From Pseudomonadota bacterium (GTDB lineage Bacteria > Pseudomonadota > Alphaproteobacteria > Rhizobiales > Xanthobacteraceae), in assembly GCA_040756765.1 (NCBI GenBank), contig JBFLYG010000032.1, forward strand, positions 21,227 to 85,226: a stretch of DNA of 64,000 bases. The letters run 5' to 3'. The notes beneath the pieces are model-generated. The model saw only the letters and a program-made list of their open reading frames with translations. It was not told the DNA's origin and made no database searches. The position numbers and the translations under genes were made by a program. This document shows, in pieces, positions 60,172 through 64,000 of the stretch. Numbering within the stretch: the first letter of the stretch is position 1; each line of letters begins with the position of its first letter.

Positions 60172-61938
60172 ATGATCATTCGTCCGGAAGGATCGACAGC
60201 CCTCGCCCCGCCGCGACGGCGCGGCGGCCGGATTGTCGCGCTCCTGGCGGGCGTCTCGCTGGCGATGGTCGCCGGGGTGCCTGCGCATGCCCAGACCGCC
60301 TCGCAGATCACGCCGCCGAGCTTCCGGCCGGATCTGGAGCGGCCCGGCGGGTTTTCGCTGAACGGCGGGCCGGGGCTCGGCGCGCCGGCGGGAGCCGAGA
60401 AGCTGTTTGTGAAGCTGGCCGGCGTGCGGGTCGAGGGCGGCCTTGCCGAGCTGAGGGGCGCGACCGCGGCGCTCGAGGCGAAGCTCTCGGGCAGGTCGGT
60501 GTCGGGCGCCGAGATCTTTGCCGCGGCGCGCGACCTCGAGGCCGCCTATGCCGCGGCGGGCTATGTGCTCGCCCGCGTGATCCTGCCGCCGCAGAGGCTG
60601 ACCGACGGCAGCCGGCTGCGGCTCGTCGTCGTCAGCGGCTACATCCAGCGCATCGAACTCAAGGACGTTCCCGAGCGGGTGCGCGGGCGGATCGCTTCAC
60701 TGCTCGAACCGCTGCGCGGCAAGGAGAAGGTCACCCAGCGCCAGATCGAGCGCGCGCTGCTGCTGGCAGGCGACACGCCGGGCGTGATCCTGCGCTCGAC
60801 GCTCGCGCCCGGCGACGGCCAGGGTGCGACGGTCCTGGTCATCGATGCCAGGTACCAGCCGGTCAGCGGAACGGTGTCTTTCGACAACTCGCTGTCGAAG
60901 GCCCTGGGACAGACCGTCTGGGGCGTCGGGCTCGACTTCAACAGTGTCGCTGGCCTCGGCGAGCTCGTCTATCTGCGCGCCAGCGGCTATCCGGAGGGCG
61001 ATAAGTTCTTCGGATCGTATCCCCGCAACCGCACGCTGGCTGCAGGCGCTGTGGTCCCGCTGTGGATCGACGGGCTCAGCTTCAACCCGGAATACACCCA
61101 GTCGCGCACCACGCCGCGGCCGCAGGCCAATGTTGCGACCACGGACGTGTTCGAGCGCATGTCGCTGCGCGTACGCTATTCCTGGCTGCGCAGCCGCATG
61201 CTGAACTACAACCAGGAACTGGCCTTCGACGCGCAGGACGAAACCAACAGCCTGTTCGTGGCCAGCGATCCCGTGCCGCTGTCGCGCGATCGGCTGCGCA
61301 TCGTCCGCTTCACCCAGGACGCCGACTACTACACCCCCTGGGGAGCGACGCTGAGCGGACGGCTGCGCGCGTCGTTCGGCATCGATGGGGTCGGTGCGCG
61401 CGGGCTCAATCAGGCCACCGCGCTGCTGCCGCTGTCGCGCCAGGGCGCTGATGCGAGCTTCCAGAAGCTCGACGGATCACTGAACTATTCTCAGAGCTTC
61501 ATGGAGCATCTCGCGGTCAGCGTCGCGCTGCGCGGGCAGACGTCGTTCGGCGAGCCGCTGCTCGCCAGCGAGCGCTTCGGCATCGCCGACGGCGGCGGTC
61601 TCTCGGCGTTCGACACGGGGTCGATCATCGGCGACAGCGGTTTCTTGACGCGGGGCGAGCTGATCTCGCCCTGGACGCTGCCGATCCAGAATGCGCCGTT
61701 CGGCGCCGTGGCCATGCCCTACATCTTTGGCGCCTATGGCGAGGTGCGGCAGGTCAAGCCGACGGCGCTCGAAGTGCCGGTGACCCGCGCCAGCGCCTAT
61801 GGCGGCGGCGTGCGTTTCGGCGGCGCCGTCCCCGGAACCCTGTCGAACGGAACGTTGCAGATCGAATATGCCCACGGTGAAAGCAATGCCGTGACCGGCA
61901 ATCATCGCGTCATCATCACCTCCGCCTTCAGGTTTTGA
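60172..61938 (+). CDS. ShlB/FhaC/HecB-family two-partner-secretion transporter (TpsB) with POTRA domains and beta-barrel
   Basis: 588 aa with signal peptide RRRGGRIVALLAGVSLAMVAGVPAHAQ. C-terminal barrel ends ...TSAFRF (aromatic terminal residue). Immediately upstream of the TpsA gene. Confidence 0.85.
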   Translation: MIIRPEGSTALAPPRRRGGRIVALLAGVSLAMVAGVPAHAQTASQITPPSFRPDLERPGGFSLNGGPGLGAPAGAEKLFVKLAGVRVEGGLAELRGATAALEAKLSGRSVSGAEIFAAARDLEAAYAAAGYVLARVILPPQRLTDGSRLRLVVVSGYIQRIELKDVPERVRGRIASLLEPLRGKEKVTQRQIERALLLAGDTPGVILRSTLAPGDGQGATVLVIDARYQPVSGTVSFDNSLSKALGQTVWGVGLDFNSVAGLGELVYLRASGYPEGDKFFGSYPRNRTLAAGAVVPLWIDGLSFNPEYTQSRTTPRPQANVATTDVFERMSLRVRYSWLRSRMLNYNQELAFDAQDETNSLFVASDPVPLSRDRLRIVRFTQDADYYTPWGATLSGRLRASFGIDGVGARGLNQATALLPLSRQGADASFQKLDGSLNYSQSFMEHLAVSVALRGQTSFGEPLLASERFGIADGGGLSAFDTGSIIGDSGFLTRGELISPWTLPIQNAPFGAVAMPYIFGAYGEVRQVKPTALEVPVTRASAYGGGVRFGGAVPGTLSNGTLQIEYAHGESNAVTGNHRVIITSAFRF

Positions 61939-61949
61939 AAGAACAAACC

Positions 61950-64000
61950 ATGGGTGAATATTCTCTGGCTTCCGCTCAGCGTCATCGTCAGCGTGCACCG
62001 CTGCTCGCGCTGCTGCTCGCCACCACAGCTCTGACGGCGCCCGGCCTGATCGCGCCGGCTGCGGCGCAGAACCTTCCGACCGGTGGCAGCATTGCGGCCG
62101 GCAGCGCCAGCGTGTCGCAGCCGTCGCCATCAACGCTGACGATCAACCAGAGCAGCCAGAGTGCCGTGGTCAACTGGCAGAGCTTCTCGATCAGCCAGGG
62201 CTATTCGGTCAACATCAACCAGCCGAATTCAAGTTCGGCGCTGCTCAACCGCGTCACCGGTTCGACGCCCTCGACGATCGCCGGTTCGCTGACCGCCAAC
62301 GGCCAGGTTTATCTGGTCAACCCCAACGGCATCGCCATCACCCCGACCGGCACCGTCAACACCGGCGGTGGCTTCGTCGCCTCGACGCTCGGCATTTCCG
62401 ATGCCGACTTCATGAGCGGCAAGCGCAACTTCAGCGGCAACGGCGCGTCGGCGTCGGTCAGCAACGCCGGCACCATCACGGTCGGGCGCGGCGGCTATAT
62501 GGCGCTGATCGGCGGCACGGTGTCGAACAGCGGCAATGTCCAGGTGCCACTCGGCAAGGTGGGGCTCGGCTCCGGCGAGCAGGCGACGCTCGACTTCTCC
62601 GGCGACGGCTTCCTGCAGGTCGCGGTGCCGACGAACGCCAAGACCTCCGGCGCGCTGATCGACAACGCTGGCACCATCAAAGCCGACGGCGGCGCCGTGA
62701 TCATGCAGGCGGCGACCGCGCGCGAGGCCGCGCGCAATGCCGTCAACATCTCCGGGCTGGTGCAGGCGCGCTCGATCGGCGGCAAGACCGGCGCGATCGA
62801 GATCGGGGGCGGCGAGGGCGGTCAGGTCGCGGTCAGCGGCAAGCTGACCACGGCGTCGCGCAAGGACAAGGGCGGCACCATCACGGTGGCCGGCCGGGAC
62901 CTTGCGCTGCGCGGTGCGAAGCTCGACGCCTCCGGCAAGCTGGGCGGCGGCAACATCAAGGTCGGCGGCGACCGCCAGGGCGGCGGCACGCTGCAGCGTG
63001 CGCAAACCACGACCATCGATGCCGCGAGCACCATCAAGGCGGATGCGACCGGCGCCGGCAACGGCGGCAATGTCGTGGTGTGGTCGGATGTGCAGACGAA
63101 TTTCGCCGGCACGATCTCGGCAAAAGGCGGCGCTGGCGGTGGCAACGGCGGCGAGGCGGAGGTCTCCGGCAAGGCGACACTCGGCTATACCGGTTTCACC
63201 GACCTTTCCGCGGCGAAGGGCCGCTTCGGCACGCTGCTGCTCGATCCCTACAACGTCATCATCTCGAATGCCGCCGACACGTCGGGCTTCACGGCAACCA
63301 GCAACGACAGCATCATCAATGCGGGCACGCTGCAGACCGCGCTGGGCTCCGCCAATGTGACGGTGACGACAGGGTCGGGCGGGTCGCAGGCCGGTGACAT
63401 CACCGTCGCAGCGCCGGTCGCCTGGTCGTCCGGCTCGACGTTGACGCTCAGCGCCGCTCACAATATCGCCGTCAACGCGCCCGTCACCCTCAACGGTTCC
63501 GGCACCCTGGCCCTCAGCGCCAACGGAGGCGTCCAGGTCAACAAGACCATCAGCGTCACCGGCGCAGGCACCGTCACCATCACCGCCGCGCCGGTGCCTG
63601 ATGTCAGCACCACCGGCCTCACGTTCGCGCGCGGCGCCTCGATCGATTACGGCGCGACCAACAATGGCGGCACGTTCAAGCTGAACGGGACGACGTACAC
63701 GCTGGTGTATTCGCTGGCCAATCTCGACGCCATCGATGGCGTCAACGCGACGAATGGCGCGGCGGTTGCGACCTACGGTGCCGGCATCACCGGCAACTAC
63801 GCGCTCGCCACCAATCTCGACGCCAGTGGCATCGCCTACAATCAGCAGCTCATGGGCGGGTTCGGCGGCATGCTCGACGGCCTCGGCCACACCGTCTCGA
63901 ACATGAACATCGGTGGCGGCCTCAACAACAACGGCATGATCGGGGTGCTGTTCGGCACGCTGTCGAATTTCGGCATGGTTGGCGGCTCGGTGAACGGCAA
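61950..64000 (+). CDS. filamentous hemagglutinin-type TpsA exoprotein. Partial: only the N-terminal TPS secretion domain and first beta-helical repeats are in the window
   Basis: Extended signal peptide. TPS domain with NPNGI and INQ...NLN...VNW motifs (LTINQSSQSAVVNWQSFSISQGYSVNINQP...VYLVNPNGIAI), followed by Gly/Thr/Ala-rich beta-helix repeats. The ORF runs off the window end. Confidence 0.85.
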   Translation, partial: MGEYSLASAQRHRQRAPLLALLLATTALTAPGLIAPAAAQNLPTGGSIAAGSASVSQPSPSTLTINQSSQSAVVNWQSFSISQGYSVNINQPNSSSALLNRVTGSTPSTIAGSLTANGQVYLVNPNGIAITPTGTVNTGGGFVASTLGISDADFMSGKRNFSGNGASASVSNAGTITVGRGGYMALIGGTVSNSGNVQVPLGKVGLGSGEQATLDFSGDGFLQVAVPTNAKTSGALIDNAGTIKADGGAVIMQAATAREAARNAVNISGLVQARSIGGKTGAIEIGGGEGGQVAVSGKLTTASRKDKGGTITVAGRDLALRGAKLDASGKLGGGNIKVGGDRQGGGTLQRAQTTTIDAASTIKADATGAGNGGNVVVWSDVQTNFAGTISAKGGAGGGNGGEAEVSGKATLGYTGFTDLSAAKGRFGTLLLDPYNVIISNAADTSGFTATSNDSIINAGTLQTALGSANVTVTTGSGGSQAGDITVAAPVAWSSGSTLTLSAAHNIAVNAPVTLNGSGTLALSANGGVQVNKTISVTGAGTVTITAAPVPDVSTTGLTFARGASIDYGATNNGGTFKLNGTTYTLVYSLANLDAIDGVNATNGAAVATYGAGITGNYALATNLDASGIAYNQQLMGGFGGMLDGLGHTVSNMNIGGGLNNNGMIGVLFGTLSNFGMVGGSVNG

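Overview
High-GC (~65%) alphaproteobacterial chromosome segment. The gene content (DbjA-like haloalkane dehalogenase, the chvI-chvG-hprK-manX-ptsH operon divergent from pckA, truncated HprK) points to Bradyrhizobium/Rhodopseudomonas (Bradyrhizobiaceae). Mostly core housekeeping genes (lepA, pckA, pyrE, polA, hrpB, dnaX-ybaB-recR, def-fmt, truA) mixed with regulators and transporters. Two non-coding RNA genes are not on the ORF track: an SRP (4.5S) RNA just upstream of dnaX, and a tRNA-Met(CAU)-like gene whose acceptor stem does not pair, sitting in an unusually long, structured intergenic region. Accessory-looking modules: an ampR / class A beta-lactamase pair plus a distant ampG; a tetR / haloalkane dehalogenase pair with a perfect 20-bp palindromic operator; a solitary ligD; a split chrA pair; and, at the 3' end, a two-partner secretion locus (ShlB/FhaC-type TpsB followed by a TpsA cut off by the window end). 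No CRISPR array, IS element or clear prophage was found. Many long ORFs on the track are antisense artefacts of the high GC content and were not called. Coordinates for starts chosen inside track ORFs were derived by codon arithmetic from the ORF track; alternative starts are noted.
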